Below the pieces are notes generated by a model. The model searched no databases. It had not been told where the DNA came from and was given only the letters and a program-made list of their open reading frames with translations. Source: Bacteroidales bacterium (GTDB taxonomy: Bacteria; Bacteroidota; Bacteroidia; Bacteroidales; JAAUTT01). From it: a DNA stretch of 64,000 nucleotides. Within the stretch, counting starts at the first letter, position 1. Each line of letters opens with the position of its first letter. The DNA lies in contig JBBQEI010000006.1 of assembly GCA_038320545.1 (NCBI GenBank), forward strand, positions 28,187 to 92,186. The letters are read 5' to 3'. Below are positions 8,965 to 18,814 of this stretch, in pieces. A program made the position numbers and the translations under genes.

Positions 8965-9873
8965 GTGAAACCAACCTTATTGATATTGGCAGCCGGTCTT
9001 GGCAGTCGTTATGGTAGTTTAAAACAGATGGACAAACTGGGGCCATCAGGTGAAACTTTGCTCGAGTATTCAGTTTTTGATGCAATAAGAGCTGGTTTCG
9101 GGAAAGTTGTTTTTGTTATTAGAAAAGATATCGAAACCGATTTCAAAGAATCTGTTCTTAAAAAGCTTGAAGGCAAAATTGCAGTTGATTATATTTTCCA
9201 AGAACTAGATGTACTTCCGGCAGGTTTTACTTTACCTGAAAACAGGGTTAAACCTTGGGGAACAGGACATGCTATTCTGGTAGCTGCCGATAAAGTGAAT
9301 GAACCTTTTGCTGTTATCAATGCTGATGATTTTTATGGACATGATTCGTTTAAATTGTTAGCAGAATTTTTGACTTCTAATGAAGTGAATGATGAGAAAA
9401 CTTATTCGATGGTGGGTTTTCAGTTAGAAAAAACATTATCCGAATTTGGTTTTGTATCAAGAGGGGTTTGTGCCACCGATGAAAATTTCAATTTGGTAGC
9501 GGCCAATGAAAAAACACACATCGAAAGAACTGATAGTGGAATCAAAAGTAAATTACCTGATGGCAGTATTGAAGTACTCGACGGCAAAACTTATGTGTCG
9601 ATGAACTGCTGGGGATTTACGCCTTCCCTTTTTGATTATCTAAATGCTGGTTTTGTTGAATTTCTTCAGAACAATGTATCAAATCCCAAGGCGGAATTTT
9701 ACATTCCATTTATGGTGAACGAGCTCATTGAAAGAGGAGATGTAAAAGTTAAAGTCCTGAAAGGCTATAGCGAATGGTTTGGTATGACTTATAAACAGGA
9801 TAGGGAATTAGCTTTGGATAAAATCAGAGATTTGATAGCCCAGGGAGTTTATCCTGAAAATTTGTGGAATTAG
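8965..9873 (+). CDS. sugar-phosphate nucleotidyltransferase family protein
   Basis: 302 aa, GTG start. LILAAGLGSRYG (GxGxR) nucleotide-binding loop and an INADDFYG block. Confidence 0.75.
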   Translation: MKPTLLILAAGLGSRYGSLKQMDKLGPSGETLLEYSVFDAIRAGFGKVVFVIRKDIETDFKESVLKKLEGKIAVDYIFQELDVLPAGFTLPENRVKPWGTGHAILVAADKVNEPFAVINADDFYGHDSFKLLAEFLTSNEVNDEKTYSMVGFQLEKTLSEFGFVSRGVCATDENFNLVAANEKTHIERTDSGIKSKLPDGSIEVLDGKTYVSMNCWGFTPSLFDYLNAGFVEFLQNNVSNPKAEFYIPFMVNELIERGDVKVKVLKGYSEWFGMTYKQDRELALDKIRDLIAQGVYPENLWN

Positions 9874-9878
9874 ATGTC

Positions 9879-10079
9879 AGTCGATAGTCGATAGTTCTAA
9901 AGAAAGCTGGCGCTCATTTGTAACGAGTGCCTTACCAAATGTCGTATGCAACGATAATTGCATATAAAGAAACGATTCAATAATTATTCTCATGCATTGC
10001 AAACGCACGCGAGCTGAGGTGATTAGTCCATAGTCCATAGAATAAATTGCTATCGACTATGGACTATCGACTATCGACT
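9879..10079. repeat. heptamer-block inverted repeat element with about 120-bp unique core
   Basis: Left block: AGTCGAT AGTCGAT AGTTCTA (9879-9899). Right block, phased 7-mers: TAGTCCA TAGTCCA TAGAATA AATTGCT ATCGACT ATGGACT ATCGACT ATCGACT (10024-10079). ATCGACT is the reverse complement of AGTCGAT. The core contains hairpins at 9909-9931 and 9946-9963. Confidence 0.8.
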
Positions 10080-10084
10080 TGAAA

Positions 10085-11359
10085 TCAATCAATATACTCA
10101 AATCCTGCAAAAGGAACCAACACTTCGGGCAACTTAATCCCTTTTTCGGTTTGGTTATTTTCGAGCAATGCTGCAACAATGCGGGGCAATGCCAGGGCAC
10201 TTCCATTTAGTGTGTGCGCAAGAGTTGTTTTCTTTTCAACTTCATCGCGGAAGCGCAATTTTAAGCGATTTGCCTGAAACGTTTCGAAGTTCGATACAGA
10301 GCTTACTTCCAGCCATCTTTGCTGAGCTGCAGAATATACTTCAAAATCGTAGGTTAAAGCAGAGGTAAAGCTCATGTCGCCTCCACAAAGTCTTAATATA
10401 CGATATGGTAAACCTAATTTTTTGATCAGGTTTTCCACATGGGCAACCATTTCCTCCAGGATTTCATACGATTTCAACGGATGGGCAATTTGTACAATTT
10501 CCACCTTATCAAATTGGTGCAACCGGTTAAGGCCACGTACATCTTTTCCGTACGAACCGGCTTCCCGACGGAAACACGGAGTGTAAGCTGTAGCTTTAAT
10601 GGGTAGTTCGGATGAATTTACAATAACATCCCTGAATATATTCGTTACCGGAACTTCGGCTGTTGGAATCAGGTAAAAGTTATCAAGCGTAACATGATAC
10701 ATTTGTCCTTCTTTATCGGGCAACTGACCGGTTCCAAAACCCGAGTCTTCATTCACCATCAAAGGTGGCATGTATTCTTTATAACCGGCACTTGTTGCTT
10801 CTTCTAAAAAGAAATTGATTAGCGCTCTTTGTAATTTGGCACCTTTACCTTTGTAAACGGGGAATCCGGCACCTGTAAGTTTTGTACCCAATTCAAAATC
10901 GATGATATCATATTTTTTGGCAAGTTCCCAATGTGGAATAGAATTTTCGGCAAGTTTTGGAATCTCTCCACCTGTGCGAATGGTTATATTGTCTTCGGCA
11001 CTTTTACCAGTGGGAACTGATGGATGTGGCAGATTTGGCAACTGAACTAAAAATGAATTTAGTTTTTCTTCGGTTAAGGTGAGTTCCTGATTTAATTTGG
11101 ATGTTTCTTCCTTAATTTCTGTATTTCTTTTTTTCAGTTGATCTGCTTCCTGCGGTTTCCCGCTTTTCATCAGAATTCCAATTTCTTTAGCTATTTTATT
11201 AAGCTCCGATTGCAGTGAATCGCTTTGAAACTGGATTTTTTTCCGGTTTAGATCGAGGAGAATAATCTCGTCAACCAAAGCAGGATTTTTAAAATTCTTT
11301 ACAGCAAGCCTTTCAAGAACAGCTTCTTTGTTTTCGGTAATTTGTTTGAGGGTAAGCAT
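10085..11359 (-). CDS. serS: serine--tRNA ligase
   Basis: Start moved from 11461 to ATG 11359 (MLTLKQITENKEAVLERL...), giving 424 aa. Class II motifs present (FRREAGS, GSALALPR). Confidence 0.96.
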   Translation of the reverse strand: MLTLKQITENKEAVLERLAVKNFKNPALVDEIILLDLNRKKIQFQSDSLQSELNKIAKEIGILMKSGKPQEADQLKKRNTEIKEETSKLNQELTLTEEKLNSFLVQLPNLPHPSVPTGKSAEDNITIRTGGEIPKLAENSIPHWELAKKYDIIDFELGTKLTGAGFPVYKGKGAKLQRALINFFLEEATSAGYKEYMPPLMVNEDSGFGTGQLPDKEGQMYHVTLDNFYLIPTAEVPVTNIFRDVIVNSSELPIKATAYTPCFRREAGSYGKDVRGLNRLHQFDKVEIVQIAHPLKSYEILEEMVAHVENLIKKLGLPYRILRLCGGDMSFTSALTYDFEVYSAAQQRWLEVSSVSNFETFQANRLKLRFRDEVEKKTTLAHTLNGSALALPRIVAALLENNQTEKGIKLPEVLVPFAGFEYID

Positions 11360-11460
11360 ATAGAAATAAGTTAAAAAGTCCACAGTCCATGGCCCACTGT
11401 TTACGGACTTCAATCCACGTTTAAGATAATGTGGACTGAGGTTTGCAACAATGAATTCCA

Positions 11461-11503
11461 AAAAAAAACTCCTGAAACATTTACAAAAGTAAATATTCAG
11501 GAG
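11461..11503 (-). terminator. intrinsic terminator after rpmA
   Basis: On the minus strand, CTCCTGAA (11503-11496) pairs with TTCAGGAG (11476-11469), followed by eight T (11468-11461). It lies 22 nt after the rpmA stop. Confidence 0.7.
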
Positions 11504-11524
11504 ACAATACCGAAAGAAATATTT

Positions 11525-11785
11525 TTAAGCGGTAAAAGGAACAATCGATACAAAAGACTTGTCGCCTTGTTTCTTTTTGAATTCTACAACTCCATCAATG
11601 AGAGCAAATAATGTATGGTCACGTCCAATTCCAACATTTAATCCTGGATTATGAACAGTTCCACGCTGACGAACTAAAATGTTGCCAGCTTTAGCAAATT
11701 GTCCGCCAAATAACTTAACGCCTAATCGCTTACTTTCCGATTCTCTACCGTTTCGCGAACTACCCGCGCCTTTTTTGTGTGCCAT
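11525..11785 (-). CDS. rpmA: 50S ribosomal protein L27
   Basis: 86 aa. [24 protein letters not shown]. Confidence 0.98.
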   Translation of the reverse strand: MAHKKGAGSSRNGRESESKRLGVKLFGGQFAKAGNILVRQRGTVHNPGLNVGIGRDHTLFALIDGVVEFKKKQGDKSFVSIVPFTA

Positions 11786-11806
11786 TGTGCAAAAATATTA
11801 TTATGG

Positions 11807-12118
11807 TTATGCAGTAATGTTTTCAATTAATATCTGAGTAAGATCCTGACGATGCCCGCTCATTTTCTGGTATCCTTTTCTTCTTTTTTTCTTGAAGATA
11901 AGAACTTTATCACCACGCATGTGGCTTAATATTTTAGCAGAAACTGAAGCTCCGCTTACTGTTGGAGTTCCAATTTTAACATCACTTCCATCTTCTACCA
12001 GTAACACTTTTTCGAACGAGACTTGTGCACCTTCTTCGCTTTCCAAGCGGTGAACAAAAACCTTCTGGTCTTTCTCTACTTTAAATTGCTGGCCTGCTAT
12101 ATCAACTATTGCGTACAT
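11807..12118 (-). CDS. rplU: 50S ribosomal protein L21
   Basis: 103 aa. MYAIVDIAGQQFKVEKDQKVFV. Sits 21 nt upstream of rpmA. Confidence 0.97.
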   Translation of the reverse strand: MYAIVDIAGQQFKVEKDQKVFVHRLESEEGAQVSFEKVLLVEDGSDVKIGTPTVSGASVSAKILSHMRGDKVLIFKKKRRKGYQKMSGHRQDLTQILIENITA

Positions 12119-12155
12119 TCCTTTGAATTTTACTCTGTTATTAAAAATCAGGCTG

Positions 12156-12163
12156 CAAAAATA
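12156..12163 (-). promoter_or_regulatory. -7 promoter motif TATTTTTG for rplU-rpmA
   Basis: Reverse complement of CAAAAATA. 38 nt upstream of the rplU ATG. Confidence 0.4.
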
Positions 12164-12313
12164 TAAAACTTTCGGTTAACTGCAAACCTTATTTAAAAAT
12201 AAATAGACATTACTTAAAATTTTCTGATGAAAGAGGGAATTTTTATTTTTCCCTTGTTTATACTTTACAGTGAACTGCAAAGTAATAAACTTAAAAATTA
12301 ATTTCTAATTATT

Positions 12314-12321
12314 TATATTTG
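12314..12321 (+). promoter_or_regulatory. -7 promoter motif TATATTTG
   Basis: TAnnTTTG match whose final G is the first base of the ORF-track GTG start (12321). This supports ATG 12357 as the true start. Confidence 0.4.
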
Positions 12322-12356
12322 TGTTTAATTTAAGATATTTATTCCCATATTTAAAA

Positions 12357-12971
12357 ATGAGTAAAATACGTCTAAATGTTTTAGGAATTTCATATAGCCA
12401 AACACAATCCGGTGCTTATGCATTAGTATTAAGCGAGGAAAACGGTCAAAGAAGGGTTCCTATTATTGTAGGTGGATTTGAAGCTCAAGCTATTGCTATA
12501 CAATTGGAAGGTTTGAAACCTCCAAGGCCTTTAACTCACGATCTTTTTGTAAACTTCGCGCAAGCTTTCAAAATAAATTTAATAGAAGTAAATATTTATA
12601 AACTGGAAGAAGGCGTCTTTTTTTCAAAATTGATATGCGATAATGGACAAACCCGGATTTCAATAGATGCCAGAACATCTGATGCAATAGCTCTGGCTCT
12701 GCGATTCAAGTGTGCTATTTATACATCGGAAGATATAATGGGCAGAGCTGGTATTGTTATCGACTTTGAAAGTGAAACAAAGTTTAAAAAACCTGAAACC
12801 GAAGACTTTCGCTCAGAATCGTCCGGCTCGCATTCTCAGGCCGATCTGGATGAAATTAAGAATTTGGAACTTGAAGAGCTGAAAGAACTTCTGGAAGAAG
12901 CTATTGGCAAGGAAAATTATGAAAGGGCATCTTTAATCAGGGATGAATTAAACAGAAGAACAAAAAAATGA
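12357..12971 (+). CDS. bifunctional nuclease family protein (DUF151) with C-terminal UVR motif
   Basis: Start moved to ATG 12357 (MSKIRLNVLGISYSQTQSGAYALVL...). Conserved PRPLTHDL block and a C-terminal ...ENYERASLIRDEL UVR-like motif. Confidence 0.8.
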   Translation: MSKIRLNVLGISYSQTQSGAYALVLSEENGQRRVPIIVGGFEAQAIAIQLEGLKPPRPLTHDLFVNFAQAFKINLIEVNIYKLEEGVFFSKLICDNGQTRISIDARTSDAIALALRFKCAIYTSEDIMGRAGIVIDFESETKFKKPETEDFRSESSGSHSQADLDEIKNLELEELKELLEEAIGKENYERASLIRDELNRRTKK

Positions 12972-13111
12972 TAGAGTTTAAATATTATCTTATATATTTA
13001 TAAATGCTTTTAATGTGCTTACAGGTTAATTTATAGCATATTAGGCGCAAAGTGTTTATCAATATTAATTACTGGTTTGCCAAAATTATCTTATGTTTTT
13101 GATCTGAATTA

Positions 13112-16100
13112 ATGATTAAATCTAATTCTCTCACCTACGAGGAGCTACAGAACCTGAATCAAAACCTTGAAAAGAGGATCAAATACCTCGAAGGAAAGGT
13201 GATGAAGCTTACAAGTCTTGAGGAAGGACTTCGTGAGAGTGAAGATCGTTTTAGGCAATTAGCAAATTCAACATTCGAAGGAATAATAATTCATGAACAT
13301 GGAAAAATCCTGGATGTAAACCAGCAATTTCTGGTGATGACCGGATATACCGAAGAAGAACTCCTTGAAGCCAATTTTCTTGATTTTATAGTTCTTGAAC
13401 ATAGAAAACCTGTATTGCTGGGTATTCGTTCCGAAACACCTCAGGCATATGATACTGTAATTAAAAGAAAGGATGATGAAACGATAGAAGTTGAAGTTCT
13501 TTCGCGACCATTTAGTTATAAAGGCCGTTCAGTTAGGGTTGCTGCCATTCATGATCTGAGCTATAAAAAGCATTTTGTTAGAAGTATCGAAGAAAGTGAA
13601 GAAAAGTTCAGGCAACTGGCTGAACACTCTACTGATGCCATTGTGCTGATGAATCAATTTATGGTTCTATACACCAATGCTTCTTTCGAACGCATTTTTG
13701 GGTTCAATGGACAAAAATTAACATCTCCCATTAATTATCTCCAGAATATTGTATATCCCGGCGATAAAAAGTATTTTTCCGATATCATCAATAACGAATA
13801 TTTTAAAGCCGAGCATCGTTTTGAAGCTCAATACCGGATTGTAAAACCCGATGGTTCATTAAGGTGGATCTGGAACAGGTGTTTTCCTATTTATAATTCC
13901 GAAGGGGTTTGGATACGACAGGTTATGGTAATTAGTGATATTACAAACCAAAAAATCCTGGAAAACGATTTATATAAAAGTAAGGCTCAGTTACAGGCAA
14001 TTTTGGATAATATTCCTTATTGGGCATGGCTCAAAGATAACAAAGGAAAATATGTAATGGTGAATCAGCCATATGCCGACAATTTCCATACTACTCCTGA
14101 ATGGATTCTTGACAAAACTGATTACGATCTTTATTCGCCTGAGCTTGCCCGAAAATTCGAAGAAACTGATAAGGAAGTGACAAGGTTAAAAAAACGAATT
14201 CTTTTTCAGGAAGTGGACGATCATGAAGGCGAATTAAAATGGTCGGAAACATTTAAAACCCCTATTTTTAATGAAAGTAATGAAATTATAGGGATTACCG
14301 GTATTGCCCGTGATATTACAAATCGTAAAAAGTCGGAATTAGCTTTAAAATTTTCGGAAGAGAAATATAAAGAACTGGTAACATTGTTACCTGAAATGGT
14401 TTTCGAAACTGATGTTATGGGAAATCTCACTTTCCTTAACTTAAAAGGATTCGAACTATTCGAATATTCAAATGAAGATTTTGTAAGTGGTATCAATTTA
14501 TTTGATATGCTTGCAATTGAGGATGTGTCCAGAGCAAAAATAAACATGTCGCGCATTTTCGATGGAATGAAAGTGAAAGGTGAAGAATATACAGCTGTTA
14601 CAAGGTCAGGTAAACCTATTCCTATTGTGATTTATGCCGATGCCTTAACTTCGGAAAATAAAATTTCGGGATTACGCGGAGTTATGGTGGATGCAAGCGA
14701 CCGAAAGATTGCTGAAGACCGTGAAAAGAAATATCATCGCAATCTTATATTTTTATCAAATACTGCTCTTAATTTTCTTACTTTTTCGACCGATGATGAT
14801 AATTTTATATTCATTGGCAAAAAAATCACTGAGCTTGTAAAAAATGCTGTTGTCATAGTTTCTTCGTTTAGCGATCAGGAAAATAATTTTTCAGTCAGGT
14901 TTATCTCCGGAGTTCACCGGCATTTAAACAGCATTCTTAATTTATTGAAAAAGAACCCTGAAGATCTCAAAATATCTATTACAAAAGGATTTAAAAAGAA
15001 ATTACTTGAAAACGAGCTTTCATTCTATGAAATAGAAGGTGGACTTTATAAAACAACTTTTGGAAGAATACCTGATGAAACCTCCCGTTCACTCGAAAAG
15101 CTTTTAAAACTTCACCGTGTGTATGCAATGGGATTACTCCGAGGTGGAAATATCTACGGAAGTGTGATTATAGCTACCCGCAATAATCAGGAAATCAGAG
15201 ACATTAAGATAATTGAAACTTTTCTTTTCCAAGCATCTATTTCCCTGCATAAGAAACAGCTTGAGAATGAATTAATCCGTGCTAAAGAAAAAGCAGAAGA
15301 ATCGGATCGTTTAAAATCTGCCTTTCTTGCAAATATGTCGCATGAAATCCGGACACCCATGAATGGTATTCTGGGTATGACACAGCTTCTTGCAAATCCT
15401 GATATTTTTCCGGAACAACGCAGGGAATATGTTGAATTGATCAATAAAAACAGCGATACACTTTTAAACCTCATTGACGATATCATTGATGTATCAAAAA
15501 TCGAAGCAGGACAAATGAAAATCAACCAGAAAAGTTTTCGTTTGAACGCGTTGTTCGATCAGTTAAATGCATTGTTTAAGTCGAGCATGGTTTATAAAAA
15601 GACGGATGGTATTAAACTCATACCTGTAGCTACTTTATCCGAAAATTTAAATATTGTTTCCGATCCCGATCGTTTACGTCAGGTTCTGATAAATTTGGTT
15701 GGGAATGCTATTAAATTCACTGAAAGAGGATTTGTGGAATTTGGGTATTCATTGAAAGGCCGTGAACTTGAATTTTATGTACGTGATTCCGGAATTGGTA
15801 TTTCCACGGAAAAGCAAAAAGTTGTTTTCGACAGGTTTACCCAGGCAGATGATTCTTTAACCAGAAAGTTTGGTGGATCTGGCTTAGGACTGGCAATTTC
15901 AAAAGGGTTGATTGAATTGTTAGGAGGAACGCTTTGGGCAACGTCAATTTTAGGTGAAGGATCAACTTTCTACTTTACCATTCCTTTCCAGTTAGCAACT
16001 GAAGAAGAAGTACTGGAAAATAAACCAGAGATGCCAAAATCAGATTATAATTGGAAAGGGCGTACTTTCCTGATTGTTGAGGATGATAAAGTGAGTTTTA

Positions 16101-16435
16101 AATTTTTAGAAGGTGTTTTCAAAAAAACCGGGGTAAACATTATTCATGCTGATAATGGACTTAAAGCTATTGAATGTTGTAAAGCTTACCCCGACTTAGA
16201 TATAGTTTTGATGGATATTCAATTGCCCGAAATGAGTGGTTTGGATGCAACTAAGGTTATTACATCTTTCCGCAAAGATTTACCAATTATTGCGCAAACC
16301 GCTAATGCCATGTCGGAAGACAAAGAAAAATGCCTCGAAGTAGGTTGTGTTGATTATGTATCAAAACCTATTAATATTCATATTCTTTTTAATAAAATAG
16401 ATAAGTACCTGGTAGAAAAACCAGCTATTTTATAA
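13112..16435 (+). CDS. cytoplasmic multi-PAS hybrid sensor histidine kinase / response regulator
   Basis: 1107 aa with no TM segment. At least four PAS-like repeats ([50 protein letters not shown]). H-box [14 protein letters not shown]. ATPase boxes [27 protein letters not shown]. Receiver FLIVEDD...[11 protein letters not shown]...SKP. Confidence 0.93.
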   Translation: MIKSNSLTYEELQNLNQNLEKRIKYLEGKVMKLTSLEEGLRESEDRFRQLANSTFEGIIIHEHGKILDVNQQFLVMTGYTEEELLEANFLDFIVLEHRKPVLLGIRSETPQAYDTVIKRKDDETIEVEVLSRPFSYKGRSVRVAAIHDLSYKKHFVRSIEESEEKFRQLAEHSTDAIVLMNQFMVLYTNASFERIFGFNGQKLTSPINYLQNIVYPGDKKYFSDIINNEYFKAEHRFEAQYRIVKPDGSLRWIWNRCFPIYNSEGVWIRQVMVISDITNQKILENDLYKSKAQLQAILDNIPYWAWLKDNKGKYVMVNQPYADNFHTTPEWILDKTDYDLYSPELARKFEETDKEVTRLKKRILFQEVDDHEGELKWSETFKTPIFNESNEIIGITGIARDITNRKKSELALKFSEEKYKELVTLLPEMVFETDVMGNLTFLNLKGFELFEYSNEDFVSGINLFDMLAIEDVSRAKINMSRIFDGMKVKGEEYTAVTRSGKPIPIVIYADALTSENKISGLRGVMVDASDRKIAEDREKKYHRNLIFLSNTALNFLTFSTDDDNFIFIGKKITELVKNAVVIVSSFSDQENNFSVRFISGVHRHLNSILNLLKKNPEDLKISITKGFKKKLLENELSFYEIEGGLYKTTFGRIPDETSRSLEKLLKLHRVYAMGLLRGGNIYGSVIIATRNNQEIRDIKIIETFLFQASISLHKKQLENELIRAKEKAEESDRLKSAFLANMSHEIRTPMNGILGMTQLLANPDIFPEQRREYVELINKNSDTLLNLIDDIIDVSKIEAGQMKINQKSFRLNALFDQLNALFKSSMVYKKTDGIKLIPVATLSENLNIVSDPDRLRQVLINLVGNAIKFTERGFVEFGYSLKGRELEFYVRDSGIGISTEKQKVVFDRFTQADDSLTRKFGGSGLGLAISKGLIELLGGTLWATSILGEGSTFYFTIPFQLATEEEVLENKPEMPKSDYNWKGRTFLIVEDDKVSFKFLEGVFKKTGVNIIHADNGLKAIECCKAYPDLDIVLMDIQLPEMSGLDATKVITSFRKDLPIIAQTANAMSEDKEKCLEVGCVDYVSKPINIHILFNKIDKYLVEKPAIL

Positions 16436-16447
16436 GAATTCCAGCTA

Positions 16448-17563
16448 ATGAATATTTCTCTTCTTGTAATACTTATTATTCCTTATTTCTTGCTTATTAC
16501 TTTTTTTGTTTGCGGATGGTTTAAAATACCTGCTGTTGTTCCTGATTTGTTGGATGAAACACCTGAGGTGAGCATAATTGTCCCAGTTAAGGATGAAGAA
16601 AAAAATTTGAATAATCAGGTTCAGGATATCTTAAAACAAAATTACCCACAGGAAAAAATTGAAGTTGTATTTGTGAATGATCATTCTATCGATAGTACTT
16701 CAACAGCTTTAACTGAAATTTCAGCTCAATATAAAAATATTAAGCATATTTCTCTTCCCGAAGGCATTACAGGAAAAAAAATGGGTATTTTAAATGGCAT
16801 TGAAGCATCGTCTGGGAAACTTATTATAACAACTGACGGAGATTGTCGTTTCCCTCAAAACTGGATTAATTCAATGGTTGTTTATTATCTTAGATTTCCT
16901 ATGCATCTTTTAATTGGTCCGGTACTTTTAAAACCAAAAAAAGGTTTTATAAATAACTTTCTGGAACTTGAATTTTTAAGTTTGATAGCTTCCGGGGCTG
17001 GTGCATCCGGAATAAACATGCCGATTCTTTGCAATGGAGCGAACCTGGGAGCGGATAGGGAACTGTTTTTTAAAGGCAATGAAATTTATAAATCCTCAAT
17101 AGCTTCGGGTGACGATATTTTTTTGATGCTTGAGCTAAAGAAGAAAAAAATTCCGGCCATTTTTGTTAAAAACACCGATGCTGCTGTTGAAACGGAAAAT
17201 ACTTCGAACTTAAAGGAATTTGTTCAACAACGTTCGCGATGGACATTCAAATCGCGTTTTTACAGAGATATGCATCTGATCACTGTTGCCTTGATTGTTT
17301 TGCTGACAAATATTTTTTTATTAACCGGATTGTTTTATTCTTTGTTTCATGCACAATTATTTATCGATTTTTTAATTGTATATGCATTGAAATGTATTGT
17401 TGATTTTATTCTTTTATTTAATGTTGCAAAATATTTTAATCGGAAGTATTTGTTAAGGTACTTTTTAATTCATCAGTTGTTGTATATTTTTTATATTTCA
17501 ATAATTGGGATTATTGGTCATTTTTCCCAAAACAAGTGGAAAAATGGAATATTTGTTAAATAA
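16448..17563 (+). CDS. family 2 glycosyltransferase, membrane-embedded synthase type (QxxRW)
   Basis: 371 aa. VSIIVPVKDEE, TDGD (DxD) and QQRSRW motifs. One N-terminal and several C-terminal TM helices. 12 nt after the kinase stop. Confidence 0.85.
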   Translation: MNISLLVILIIPYFLLITFFVCGWFKIPAVVPDLLDETPEVSIIVPVKDEEKNLNNQVQDILKQNYPQEKIEVVFVNDHSIDSTSTALTEISAQYKNIKHISLPEGITGKKMGILNGIEASSGKLIITTDGDCRFPQNWINSMVVYYLRFPMHLLIGPVLLKPKKGFINNFLELEFLSLIASGAGASGINMPILCNGANLGADRELFFKGNEIYKSSIASGDDIFLMLELKKKKIPAIFVKNTDAAVETENTSNLKEFVQQRSRWTFKSRFYRDMHLITVALIVLLTNIFLLTGLFYSLFHAQLFIDFLIVYALKCIVDFILLFNVAKYFNRKYLLRYFLIHQLLYIFYISIIGIIGHFSQNKWKNGIFVK

Positions 17564-17569
17564 GTTTAT

Positions 17570-18760
17570 ATGGAAGAATCCGCTTTCTGGAAAAGGTTTA
17601 AAAAAAACAAGCTGGCACTGTTCAGTCTGTATTTTATCTTTTTTTGTTTTCTTATCTCAGTTTTTGGTTACTGGATAGTGCCCGATAATTCCCCTGACGC
17701 AAATTCACAACATTTATCGTTAGCTGCCAAAGACCCGTTTTTTAAAGTGCAAATGCTCCGGATTACCAACAACGAACCTACAATTAAAACAAATATATTT
17801 AAGACATTACTCTATGGAAAGAAGAGAAACTATACTGAAATCCCCATCAGAGATTTTGAATTTTTGGGCGATAAGATTATAGTTACCGAATATACCTCTC
17901 CGGGGGATACAACAACATTGAAACGAAATTTTGATTTGGCCGATGTAGTGTATGCTGTTTCGTACGACAGTAATATTGAGAAATCTGAAAACGGTTATTA
18001 CAGGTTTAAAAATGTTGAACAGCAAATTATTTCGGTTTCCACAGATGAACTTATAAAAAAAATTAAATCCGATCATCTGATTACCAAAACATTTATCCTT
18101 GGTACCGATCGTTTTGGCAGGGACATGCTTAGCAGGTTAATCATCGGAACGAGGGTTTCCCTTTCAGTAGGTTTTATTTCAGTTTTAATTTCAGTGATTA
18201 TAGGCCTGGGATTGGGAATTATTGCCGGTTTTTACCGGGGTGCTGCCGATAGTATAATTATGTGGGTAATTAATGTTGTATGGTCAGTTCCAACACTTCT
18301 AATGGTTTTAGCAATTTCACTGGTATTGGGAAAAGGTTTCTGGCAGGTATTTGTTGCAGTAGGGTTAACAATGTGGGTCGAGGTTGCCAGGGTTGCCAGA
18401 GGTCAGGTGTTAGGAATAAGAGAAAAAGAATACATTGAAGCTGCAAAAGCACTTGGCTTTGGGAACTTCAGAATACTTAGCAGGCATATCCTGCCAAATA
18501 TTTTGAGTCCTGTAATTATCATTTCTGCATCTAATTTTGCTTCGGCAATATTAATTGAATCGGGATTGAGTTTCCTGGGCATAGGGGTTCAACCGCCGGT
18601 TCCATCCTGGGGAAGTATTATTAAGGACCATTATGGATATATTATTCTTGACCAGGCATTTCTTGCGTTTTTACCGGGAGTAGCAATAATGCTGCTTGTT
18701 TTGGCATTTACTTTAACAGGAAATGGCTTAAGAGATGCTTTGGATACTAAAATGATATAA
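17570..18760 (+). CDS. ABC transporter permease (DppC/OppC-like), no partner genes nearby
   Basis: 396 aa. N-terminal TM plus a loop of about 140 aa, then the permease core with EAA-type loop IEAAKALGFGNFRILSRHILPN. 6 nt after the GT2 stop. Confidence 0.85.
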   Translation: MEESAFWKRFKKNKLALFSLYFIFFCFLISVFGYWIVPDNSPDANSQHLSLAAKDPFFKVQMLRITNNEPTIKTNIFKTLLYGKKRNYTEIPIRDFEFLGDKIIVTEYTSPGDTTTLKRNFDLADVVYAVSYDSNIEKSENGYYRFKNVEQQIISVSTDELIKKIKSDHLITKTFILGTDRFGRDMLSRLIIGTRVSLSVGFISVLISVIIGLGLGIIAGFYRGAADSIIMWVINVVWSVPTLLMVLAISLVLGKGFWQVFVAVGLTMWVEVARVARGQVLGIREKEYIEAAKALGFGNFRILSRHILPNILSPVIIISASNFASAILIESGLSFLGIGVQPPVPSWGSIIKDHYGYIILDQAFLAFLPGVAIMLLVLAFTLTGNGLRDALDTKMI

Positions 18761-18792
18761 TGCATTATTCTGCATTATATCATTTTAATTTT
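18752..18792 (+). terminator. intrinsic terminator overlapping the permease stop codon
   Basis: Perfect 13-bp stem ATGATATAATGCA (18752-18764) / TGCATTATATCAT (18771-18783), loop TTATTC, then TTTAATTTT. Confidence 0.65.
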
Positions 18793-18814
18793 AATCACTA
18801 CCGAGCGTGAAAAA

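Noticed and set aside
9900-10023. The core of the heptamer-flanked element, considered as a decayed four-helix-bundle (23S rRNA IVS-type) gene. The minus-strand ORF is MDYGLITSARVRLQCMRIIIESFLYMQ...
   Set aside because: The resemblance is limited to a few residues (SA....L..I....Y), which is not enough to support homology. I report it only as an unexplained structured core.
14221-15525. Antisense or off-frame ORFs inside long genes. Examples are 14221-14556, 15187-15525, 19916-20257, 45319-45588, the 51276-52225 series, 55336-55825 and 56033-56389. Also the plus-strand ORFs 163-470.
   Set aside because: Each is fully embedded in a well-supported gene on the other strand or frame, with low-complexity or odd composition. 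These are typical shadow ORFs.
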